This document shows, piece after piece, positions 28,401 through 40,400 of a stretch of 64,000 nt of DNA. Each line of letters begins with the position of its first letter. Position 1 is the first letter of the stretch. Source of the DNA: Phallusia mammillata (lineage: Eukaryota); contig OZ281497.1 of NCBI GenBank assembly GCA_965637545.1, positions 19,282,001 through 19,346,000 on the forward strand, given 5' to 3'. The notes beneath the pieces were generated by a model. The model saw only the letters and a list, made by a program, of their open reading frames with translations. It made no database searches and was not told the origin of the DNA. A program made the translations under genes and the position numbers.

Positions 28401-31400
28401 TCATTGGGAATAGTTATTTGCCCATTTACCGGTCAGGCGCCTAATTGAACCCCAAATAGTAAATGTATGAAATAGACAGAACGATTTTGTGGACGTCCCT
28501 GTGGGAAAATTGATAATCCAAAACGTGAATTTTAATCGGTTTGAACAAACTTGCTTCAAGCACAACATTTAAATTGACTGGTAAATTGCACTTTCCCTTG
28601 CATAATACCAACAGATAGCCTTGAAAGATAGGTGTTTACAATCTGGTAAAACTAGTACACTGACTATTGCGTTTCCCACCAGCCATTTAAGACTCGATAT
28701 TTAGCGTTGCTTTGCGTCCTTGAACTACTGTATAGATCAGCAGTTCTCAACGGGGGCACCAGCGCCCCCCTGGGGGCGTTTGCTATCATTAAGGGGGCGC
28801 TGGAGAATAATTGGGCGATTGGGGGGCGCTGAGAGAAGATAGAGCAGTTGAAACGGCACAAAACGTTATTTTTGTCATCTCTTCCAGCGATCAGTAGAAG
28901 TAAATTTATTTTTCACTAAATTATATTTTAAGTATTCACTGTATTGGGTTCTTTGTTTTGCTATGTGTTTTGGATTATGATGTCACAATGAATTTTGTGC
29001 AAATCACAATGCGTTACTTGTCGGGGCTTGTCTGCGCTTTAAATAGCAAAATTTGCAGGTAGTGATTGAGTTGTGCTCGGCCGAATCGAACCAGAACCCG
29101 AGTACTCGGTATTTTTAATGCTCGGCCGCAGAGCGTTAGACAAAGCAGAGCGTTGTGCTCGGCCGCAGAGCGTTAGACAAAGCAGAGCGTTAGACAATTG
29201 CTGTAAACCGTACAACGAATTGATCACTTGTTAATTACACTATAATGCAATGGGTAAGTCACAAACGGGTTTGTTAACTTTACAATTGAACGTGTGATTT
29301 GTTCTCTGCTGACGTAAAGGATCCCTAAGCAGGGAGTCGAACCGGAACTGAACCCGAACCCGCGAACCGGTTTGAGCGGTTAATTTCATTAAACCCGAAC
29401 CGCTAATTACGATTTTCTAAAAACCCGAACCGGAGTTGAACCCCATATTTTGTTTGGCGTTGGACCCGAATCGGACTTGAACCAGTCAAAAATGCATTCT
29501 GTTTGATATTTTGTGATTTTTTTTCTCAAAACAGCGCACTGAAGAATACGCGAGATAACACTTATAGGGCGTGTCAAAAATAACAATGCAGGGGGCAAAA
29601 TTCTTTTGGAGTTTGATACGGCCAGGTAGATGATGGGTAGAATTAAAATCAAACGAATAAAAATTTGAACCGGTTTAAAATCCGCAAACCGGTTCGGACC
29701 GGATAATTTGCCCAAACCGGAACAAAACCTGAACCGAACCCGAACCCTTAAAAACAAAACCAAGTGAACCCGAACCGAACCTGAACCCATATGACAAGCG
29801 GTTCGACTCCCTGTCCCTAAGAATAAAAGTGACCGCTGTCAAAAACGTCAAATAGTGGACACACGTGCACTTAAAAGTGTTTTTAATTAGTTGTTTGGTA
29901 CTTAAAAATCGTTGGTGTTTCATCTAGTATAGCTTGTTAAAGATTAGACTTTCAATTATCACATTGATATTGTACGTGAAATTAAATCGTTTTGATTTTT
30001 GTCAGTTCTAAGGGGGGCGTTTACAAACTTTGTAGGTCTAAAAGGGGCGGTACAGGAAAAAAAGGTTGAGAAACACTGGTATAGATCAATGTGATCGCAC
30101 ATCCTTTGGCAATCTGTTTGGTCAATCTCGTTTTTCGTTTCAAACACGATTTTGCGCCTTCCGACAATCGAAAAGATTCTTAAACAAATTACACGAAATT
30201 AAAACAAGTCTGCATTAGTTTTTTTTGAAAAAACAACATCCTGACCTTCGTATAATGTTTAATAAATTGACTAATTTGAAAAACAATATGTTACCTGTTT
30301 TAAACCTACTTATTTCGCAAAACTTGACTATGCCCAACGTCTGATCTGACACTTTTTTAAATCAAACTGGCCTCATATTTCATTTTATAGTTTGTTAATT
30401 GTTACGTTCTAACAACCTAAGCACCACATTTGTAGTAAAATAGAATTAGGCTGCTATCATTGTGGGAAATAAGCGTTCAAAATGTATTTAACAACAAAGC
30501 TTTAATTTAATAACAACAGTTGATTTCAAATTTCCATGTTATCTTTCTTTATCCATCGGAATTGTACATTTCCTCGAAAGCATTACAAGTTATTGCTTTC
30601 ATCGATCGAACCTCTGAAAGTGGTGTTTGCAAATCACCATGCTTCCATCTGTTGCTCGGCAGACTTGTTCAAACTACTTTTTGCAATCTCGACATTTCCC
30701 AGGAGAAAACGTGGCATTAAATTGCGAATTTGGACATAAACTGTCGATAGGCGAACTTTGACAGATGTTCGTTGTCGAAAATTTCTCCCTAAAAGTAATT
30801 TAATATGTTTTTTTGTCGATAATCATCGAGTTAACTTCGTTTTCAGTACTGATAATGAGCTTTGCTTCAATCTTAAAATCAAATAACAATTAATCGTCCT
30901 CAAGGAGAATAAGTATTTTCACACATCAATCCCTGTGTAACACGTCAGGACATGGATGTTAAACAAAAAAATATGCGGTTTTCACACAACACAAAACAAC
31001 TCTTGACTATATATTGCCGCTTAGATGAACTTTTTTTGTCAAATTTACCGAGTTAACACTGTACTCAGTTGCATCGTAATTAACAGATGACTAGAAAACA
31101 TTACTTTTTAATATAACTACTAAAAGTTTTTAACGTCAAATTAATATTATTTTGTTCCTTGTTTTAGTTTTCCCAACTTATCAGGATCCAACGACGTTTG
31201 GGAAGAGAGAAGTTTCCTTTAGTGGAACAAACCTACTATCCTTCGCACAAACAAATGGTGAGTGTAACCGCGCTTTTCACTATGTTTCTAATTGGATAAA
31301 GTAATATGTCTAAGTGCGTTTAACGCAAATTCAGTCTTTAAGCCTTTAATTTTTTTGACTTTGTTTTGTTTCTGGTTAGTTGATATTTTTAATATAGTTC

Positions 31401-34400
31401 AACTGTTCCACTAGTTGAGCAGTGTCGCTTAAGTTTCTCGTTCGAAATTTGAATAGTTTTGTTTCTACCACTTCACAACCTTAAAAGAAATGGAAGCAAG
31501 TGATTCAAACTGCTGATTTTTTCCATTTTGTCAACAGTAACAATTGTATTTGCTAAAAATTAGTCAAAAGTCGTTCCTCGAGTTGTCTTTCCTACGATTT
31601 TTAAACGGTTTGGAACCTCATTTGTGCCGGCAAGCGCCGGATGTGGTTGCTTTTACGCCAGTTTGTAGTTGTACGATATCCACTATATGTCGCTACAGAG
31701 TTGTAAATCATACATGGCAATGAAGGCGTTTAATGCCCTGGAGTAATGGATGTGTGTCCATTAGAAATGCAGGTTCTGCTTTGTTGCAAGTTACCACACT
31801 GTTGTTTAGAAAGATAGATTCGGTCTGGTTCTTTATACTTTTGCTGACAACGTGTAAAATCATTAAAACTATGCCTTCCACAGGACTTATATTTCTTACA
31901 AGTTTTTTTTTTTAAGTACGGCGTTACTCATCCAGCAAATAGTTCTTCTTTTCTTGATAATGCAGGGTGTTTATGTTAACACTCGTTATTTGGTCTTCGA
32001 AAATGCTACGCTTTGTGGCGAAAAACAAAAATAGGCTTACAATGTGCTCAGCAGGGAGAGCAAAAAAGGTCGAGTGTTATTTGTGTTCGATCGAGTTTGC
32101 AAATAGCGAAAAATATTGTCGACCTCGTCTGATCTCGCGCACGGTTGGCGTAGTACGTCTCAATAAACAGAATGAACGCGGAAACCGATGTTGGGTGTTA
32201 GCTGGTCGCTCGCTGACTTTTCCCGGTTACTGACCTACGAAACCACGACTGGAGAATCGATTCCGACGAACTGATTTCGCTGAATCACTGATTTTCTGTT
32301 TTGGTGGCGTGGGCGGCTATTTGTGCCTAAAAAATCAGGTGAAAACCCGCTACAATGTAGTAGTCAGAATCGGTTTGTTTTGCACACGGCACGTGCTGAT
32401 GTGTTAGCCGGGCTTAATTTTGTTTTGGTTTTATTAATGTGGTTTGAACAAGCATGTGGTTACGTGTGGCCGATGGAAATTAAAAGTTTTGTCAGGTCTT
32501 TGCGCAACAAGTGTGGGCTGTGGCGTAAATAATGTTCCATCTTCATGCAATGAAGTCTAATATAAAACTCTTCTATTTGTCTTTCTGCTAGCAAGAACTT
32601 GCAGAAATGGGTAAACTCCATTGGGGTAATAAAACGTCAAGGTCAAACCTAAGGTTAAATGTTTATGAATGGCTACAGTATCAAATCGGCAATGTTAAAC
32701 AACATTAAAATATGCTTACCCCGTACAACAAATGAAACTTCTCGTACACATAAATCTGTCTTTGCTTGTCTCATTGCGAAACTGCGTAGATTTTAGTATA
32801 CGACTTGCGCAATTGTCGACTGAGGCCTAAAGTCAGCTGTGATTCCTTGTTTTATATTTAGCTCGAATCTATTTGCCAATAAATTTAAATAATTGACACA
32901 ACACATATTAAATAATTGACACAACCCAATAGTATTGACTTCTGTTACCAACAATCTCTATGCAAATTTGTCTCGTTACATGCAAATTAGCACGGGGTTT
33001 CAACGACAAGGAACTTGCATTTGTCCAATAATGTCAATAGTACTTAAATTTCGAAGGCTGGGGCAGCCAGAACGAATTTCCCAATCTTGACCAGGCTAAT
33101 TTGGCGTAATGGCATTGCGCGTTTTGTTTTAACTCCATTACTGCCCCGTGGGAACGAAGGGTAATCAAATCAGGACATTTGCTTCAGCGCCGAGCAAAGG
33201 TCTGTCATTTCCTGCCTCCTGATGCACAAAATCGATAAAATAAACTCAATACAAGCTGTATTTGCAAAAGCGATCGAACAGAGTCTGAAATAATCAAAAG
33301 ACAACAGGTCAAACCGGCGCCCAAACGAACAAAAGGAATATTTGCACAGCAAACATGCCGGATGTCTATGTGGCCGCCGATATGTGATTTAATCGAAAAT
33401 TAAAAGTGAAAGGACAATAGTACAATGCAATTTGTCTGTGCATCAACATCAGTAGGAGACCACAAGTGGCGCCAGGGTTATGTTGGCGCACGTCAAAATC
33501 GAGGTCGCGTATACCTGACGCGTGGCCAGACGACGATATTGTTCTCGACTCGTCTACGTGGGCGATTTCAAACGGCCAGACACTATTACATGACATGACA
33601 TTTTGCTCGCCGGAGTGCAACAAAACTGATGAGTCACGTGAATGTACGGACTATCACGTGACACCCGCAGGTGGCCGTCGTCATAAATCACACCAATTTC
33701 TTCGTACCAGCGTTTTGTTAGTTCTTTAAAATAATTTTATAAGTTGCGGCAATTAGTAATGACTCTTAAGTGGACATGAATTGGACCTGGGTGTGATTAG
33801 TATTGAACAAGTGCAACTGTTTGCCGCGCTCAATAGCACGTGTCGTGGTATTTAACAGAAGACGAAAATGATAAACTTATCACTTTCAAAAAGTAAAAAC
33901 ATATGTTTTGTAGCTATAATGTTTGTATGCACCTTGGAAACAGATCGGAATACAAGAAAAACAAGAAAATAACAAAGCATCTACAGAACACTACGGCACC
34001 GTGTACGCGCACGAGACGCTTCTTAACCAGTAAGAAAGCGATCAAGTGTGCGTTGAAGAAGCGATTTGAACATGTATCGACCTCCGCTAAGCACTCCATT
34101 GCTTTGTGTCTGTTTCTAAGGGAGACTGCTGTCTCTGTGGCTCCTTAAACCGGCGTGGTGTCTGCGATTGCGTTTCATGGACTTGCTGATGGTGGCTCCG
34201 TGCCAAGAACAACGCCCCCTAGTGGTTGGGGAACACAAGAAGTTGGCTTGATGAACGCTGTTTCCGTATTTTCGCTCCATTGCCTTGTTCCACGAACATT
34301 CGTTCTCGTTCTGAGTGTTAAAAATAATATACGTTTAAAAAAATGGCCTAACTCTGTTTGAATTTCCTGAATTGGTATTTTAAGATTACAGCTTCTTAAC

Positions 34401-37400
34401 AACAGAATGCATGATATAATAAAATATATATGTGGCAAAATAGCTTCCCGTTTCTTAACAAGTGTTAAAGATTGGTAGAGTAACAAGGTTTAAGAGGAAG
34501 CATTTCATATGTAACAAACTTCGCAATGTCTTACCTCAGGTTTGCAGTTACTCCATGGGCAGTAGCTGATATCGCATTTCGCTTCACAAACTTTGCCTAT
34601 CTGCTCCATGTTTTTGCGGATGTTGCGTTTTTCCCCTTTTGGTAGAGTCCTCCATGGGATGACGTGGTTGCAAAGTCCGACTGTGAGTCTTCCATCAACG
34701 ATGGAACCTTTGAAAAAAATGCATGGTTAAAAACCACTCGTTAAAGTGTTACTTATGCAAGGAACTGTAGCGTTTTAGGAACGTGAAAGGGCTCTTGCAG
34801 TTTTTACTGTATAGTTGAGTTGGAAATTTTCCGTGAAAGAAGTTTGTTCTTTTGTCACAGGCCCTCTGTATAAAGACTATTATGGAAAACTACAAGCCCT
34901 TGTTAGAAAACCGTATTCAACAGCACTTCCATTATGTTTTGCCCTGTCCATTACACGTAGAGTGTACTCTGGGTCATGTTCACCTCTCCAACGTGCGGTA
35001 ATTACGGGTGGAAACACAAGCGGCCGTGCGCGCGGCGCAATTTAGACCGCAGACCAAAGCACAAAAGGGTGCCTGCGTCGCCGTACAGAGGAAGTGATTC
35101 CACCGCAAAAATATGAGGCGACGGTGTAAAGGCAAAGCTACCAATTGGTCGCTACTTAACAGTCTGGCACAGTTCCTCTCACCTATTATCAGATAGGTGT
35201 CTCTGGGCTTGAGTCGGCGGCCACACAGGCCCTCATCCCGCGCCGAGTAGATGTACAGCTTTTGTTTGTTGGAGCCTTTCGTGTCGAAGCCCTTGTAAGC
35301 CTGGAATAACACAGGGAGCGCGTAAGAGACCGCCATGTATGTAAGCACTCAAAAACACAGGTTTGTTTTGTTTTCCCATCCCTCGGAACCAACCGATCCC
35401 ATAAATAACATCAATTTGAATTCTTCCCACTAACGCGTTTTGAATTCTCAGGGCTTGGCGTTGTTTTGTACAACAATTGACGTGCTGGCATGACATATAT
35501 TAAATTGCTACTTTGACCGTAAAGGAAAATTGCTTTAAATTGTCAATAGATGTTAGGAGTGTGTCATGCTGGAGCGACGTGCGATGGAAATCAATTGCGA
35601 ACCCACAAGTTGAATATTAAATCCTTGCACGGTTACATTCGTTCGTTTTATTGACCGAAAACTGATATTTGCTATCCTTGCTCTTTATAGGCGCAAACAC
35701 TACTAAAATGTGCAAACTCATTTTATCAAGGGTGTGTAAAATCTCTTGGGGCACAACGCGGCGTTAAAGCCTGATATAACCTGGACAGAGCCACACTAAA
35801 GGCTTTATAAGGCCGCGAACGCGCGTCATCTTGGCACTGTGGTGCATTAGGGATACGTTAGGGACCACGCGTCCCATAGTGGATACAGATTTGGCGTTAC
35901 TACAGCAATGACACGTCGCAAAGTTCTACATATGTCACATACCTTATGAACTTTTATTCTGTAACGCACGAGGCTTTCCATGACGTCATCATGGCCGGAT
36001 ACGTCATCAATTATTACCTCACCGGGTAGGGCAGTTGGAACGAAGCGGCCTGTGAAATTAAAACAGGTGTAAGTACATCCGTTCAATAACAGATGGATGG
36101 CTTCCTAAAGTTACGTTAACACTCATTCGCATATTTAGGAAGTCATTTCGGATTGTTTCCCTTGTAGTGGTAAAGTTATTTTACGGGTAGACAGAAAGGA
36201 ATGTCGTTGTCATGAGTGGATACCCTTGTGCAAAAGGTGTTTTGTCGCAAAAGTTAACAGTCGGAGCGTAAATTTCCATATAAGGTCATGTATTCGTTCA
36301 AAAATGTTTCAACCTCATATCCGCCTAAAGTTTTATTCACGCGCAAAGACAAATTAAGAGCATTTTCTACCGCAAATTAACATGTAAACTTCGCCGCAAA
36401 TCTGTAATCTTCTAGCGTTTTGTCCGCAAAATATCGAAATTTCCTCAGTAAAATAGCAGGTGTTGTTCAGGCAGCGCCTCATTAAAATTTTTGGGCGTCT
36501 GTACTACACGACATTAAACAAACTATTACAACCTTTGTGTGCCCTTGGTCGTTGCCCGCTTACGTGTTGTCGGGACGTTTTTAGATTACCTGGCAACTAT
36601 AGAAATAACTTCAAAACTTCCATGTGTTTAATTTTGGCGTCACACTCAAATCGCGGATTCCACGTCTTGAAATGAATTTCACTTTAATCTTATACCGCGA
36701 AACATCGTGTCGCTATTGTGTTTAAAGTTTTATCGTGAATTTTTATAAAGGCTGACGAAATACGAAATAAAACCTTCAGGTGACTAAATTCATTGAAAAA
36801 AATCTTTCCAGACAGCATTCTTGCATTAGTAGTTCACAAAGAGATGGCTTCGTTGAATATGTGGCTTTACTAAATATTTATTGTCAGATTGGCGTTTTTT
36901 GCTCTTTCTTTCAAAACTTTCAAAATGTGTAATGAATTTCTGTATAATGCTTACCGTTTTGGTCGGCCTCCTCCTTGTCAAATCTTCCTTTTGATGTAAG
37001 GATCATTGCGGCTGGTTTTTTGGCAGACTTCTTGTGGCGAATCTGCTCCACCGGCGGGACACTCACGAACATTTCTGACTTGATGCGCACCAATGCCACT
37101 GCAACGACAAACGGAATTTTCAAGAGCACGCCAAGCATGGAAATTTTACTGACAGGGATCAAGCATGAAAAATTAATGTCCGTTTGACGGAAACGGGAAT
37201 TCCGCTTTCCGCTTGTGCCCATGTCCAAACGAGTTAGTGATGCCGGGTTTCTATGTCAGTTGAGGCTGTTACGCTTGTCGCAATGAGGAGTGGCCAAAGA
37301 GAACTTATTGAGATGCTACTCATCGGAAAAGTTTATCAGAAATTTCTTTTCAATTGGTCTTTTAACTTTTGTTTTTTCCATAGGCTGTTTGCGACCGTCA

Positions 37401-40400
37401 TGTTCTTTCCTGCATAATTCGTTTAATTTTTAGTCCTATAGGTACCTATGGGTGCTGAAATGTTAGGCAAACGGCATGAAAATCTTGGTCTTTAAACAAA
37501 AAGTCGGGTAATATGGTTACGGTGAAATGAGGCAACTTTGCCTTATTCCCTTGTTGTTTTCAATGGGCCAACTGCTGGACCAAATTAAATTTAACGACGG
37601 TGCGTTGAAGCGCAAAATCGCGTTTTATGACGAATTGCATTTGCGGAGTCGGGTTCTAGGCACGGAAAAATTACCCATGCGTGAAGCGGCGTCGCGCAAA
37701 TCCTGTCCCGCAAAATTGATGGGCCGGAAAATGGGTCAGTGGCCATCGAAGTTTCAAGAATTATATTTAGTGCTAAAATATCGTTTGCAACTGGATTTTT
37801 GTCAAAAGTTTACAGGAAACTGTAAACGTGATTTAGGACTCGAACAGAATGAATTTATTTTATTTGTTTCCCGCTGTTTGTTAATAATTAATCTGATCAA
37901 GCTTTACGTGGTTACAGTTAATTCAACGAACTTTACCGTACGTTGTCCTATAGTGTCTACTTTTTTGACTATTTTGTTATTGAACAATCTACGATAAGAC
38001 AAACCAATACTTTAACTTACCAAAACTGTCGTTGCGGCATATATCCTTCTGGGGGTGGTTTGGCATACACATGCATCCAAATGCGCCATCCAATAAAAAC
38101 CCAAACACGAAGCTCGCCAAAATCATCGCTAACATTGCTCTCTTGTCATTCATGATGTAGTACAGATAAATTTTATACTTCACAAAAGGTTGTTTCTTTG
38201 CTCGTCGAGATCTGCTGTCCAATACCGTTGCTGTGCTGGTTTTATAGGCCACTGTCGCGAGTCAACTTAGTGCTCAGCAAAAAAAGAGAGAGTGTCGCGA
38301 AACGAGGAAAAAAAGCAATTTACTACTTCTCTCGTTTTTCGTTGACCGCCTCGAAACCGTTTGTGGAGCGAATGACGTCGATGTTTTGGCATCGGTTATA
38401 ACTGATTATGACGTATAATTGCCCGAGGTCAACCGCACCTCCAGTTCCATCAATCTTTTCCGAGTTGTTTAAGCGCCTTGTTTGCGAAGATACTGTCAGG
38501 CATAATCGCTAGCGGTATTTCTTTTTCACGCCTCAAAAACCTATTCTCAAAACATCTGCAAAAATACGCTCTAAATTTTATTAGCAACTCCTAATTCGGC
38601 CTTGTTTTCAAATTACTCAATTTGCATGCAACTTTAATAGATGTTGAGCATTATTGGCAGAAATACGATAGAACTTGCGTTTTTTTCGGTATAAGTATTG
38701 CAGTTTGTCAAATGTCAAATTTAGTACGTAGCAACGTTGGAACAGAAGAGTTTTTAATAAAAATGTTCCACTTATAGTTTAAACATCAACAATCAGCGTC
38801 AAATTGACCCTTGACACATAATTGCACCACTTTCTTCCGTTTCGACAATTTCAAACTACCTATAATACGTCACTGATTACGTCACATCACTTCCATGGAA
38901 GCAAACAACAGGGGCGCGGCTTACCCCAATAACAAAACATTACGTGAGGTCTATGGACGGATTTATCTCTCATCCATTTCGGTTTGGATGGAAGCTTTTC
39001 GGCCACCAACGGCGCTGTGTGCGTTTCTCCTCGCAAACATGTTTTTTTACTTTCCATCAATGACAAAAGCAAAGAATTTATTCGCTTTAGTTAAGCTCCA
39101 TGGCAGGATGCTGGTTGAGTGCCCGACGATGGTATATCACACCTTGACAATAGTTGGGTTTTCTGGGGTTCGTTGAACCTTTATTGCAAAAGTAGTAAAT
39201 TAAAGTCTAGTATAATTTCCGAAGTTTTGTGGGGCGCAAACGAGCGCTGATTGGCTTCTGAAGTATATTTAAAAAAAATTTCATGCAATATTACAAAAAA
39301 ATATTTTGATATAATTGCCATTTTTTGGTCTGGAAATTGTATTGAAGACAAATACTTTTACCCGTCATCTCTGAGATGGTGTCTTTCTCCAAAAAATCAT
39401 CATCGAGGGAACAACGACCCTTCCACCATGCACCGCTTGGGAGAAGAAAAATAACAACACTACGTCATATTATGGTGTGTAAGGCGAGAAACTGCGCCGA
39501 CATACGTATTTCACGGTCGGCAGGAGCAGCAACATGTGTGAGCACTTGAACCTTTGAAACAGTCGCTTTGTCACGTAGGAGATTAAATGCCACGAAAGGC
39601 GCTAGCTCAGGCCTTATTTGGTCATTACTTTTTGCCGCCTTTCAAGTACCCCGCTCTTGTGCAAAACACCTCAAACCTTTGTAGCTGACCGCAAAACTGC
39701 ATAAGGTTTCTATATTGAGGTGGTGCGTTAACAATACAGTCCAATGACGTGTTGTATCGAGGTCCACACCCGTTTGAATCATGGCCAAGACCTTTTCAAT
39801 CGTAGGTTGCACCTCACATTCCGGTCTTATCAAACCCCGTACATCTTGTTCGGTCCCACCCCTTAGTTGAACGCTCCTGATCCGGGCCTGGTCTTGTGTA
39901 AATCCACGCGCTGGTTACGGACATGTCTAAAAATGTGCCGCAGTTTCGTGTTTTGCGACATTGTAAATGACGTTTCGTATTTTGCATTTTTGTCCTGCTA
40001 GTGGTGATTTGGATAAGACAACTGTGTGATAAGTTTGTATTCCTTGCTAAGCACCAAGCTTCAATAATGAAGAATACTTGAAAGTGAGCAGAGATAAACG
40101 CAAATACCGCGCATACTTTGGACATAATTCAAATAATTTCTAAACGCAACGTCACAAAGCCCCAGGAGTTATGGCATTTGAAAAACCAAAATTTCATTAC
40201 AACATAACATGATACGAAATAAAGTTTGTGTGTGATGAGAAAAGTCAGTCATTACACATGCGCATTCTGCAGTAGGAAAAAACGATAGGTTGCGGTCAAA
40301 ACCGTTGGGAATCAAGACAAACGGGCGATAACGCGTCCATCGACAGCATTCCCGACGTCTTGACACCCAACACACGCTGTGAGAAGGGCAAGAAATACGT

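Larger units (their letters stand above)
28738..30078. mobile_element. Non-autonomous hAT element (outer) in a synapsin intron
   Basis: TIR CAGCAGTTCTCAAC vs CAGTGTTTCTCAAC (11 of 14 match); 8-bp TSD GTATAGAT at 28730-28737 and 30079-30086; subterminal GGGGGCG repeats. Confidence 0.85.

Noticed and set aside
29407-29923. ORFs in the nested element, as a possible transposase
   Set aside because: They arise from GAACC subterminal repeats; no hAT transposase motifs.
33624-33670. CTGATGAG followed by a GTCACGTGA/TCACGTGAC stem, resembling a hammerhead
   Set aside because: No GAAA follows the stem, and the pairing comes from two self-palindromic CACGTG E-boxes.
36752-36780. CTGACGA...GAAA flanked by AAGG/CCTT
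   Set aside because: No stem II or stem III can form; likely chance.
37527-37997. 156-aa plus-strand ORF inside TIMP-A intron 1
   Set aside because: No domain or splice support; composition looks non-coding.
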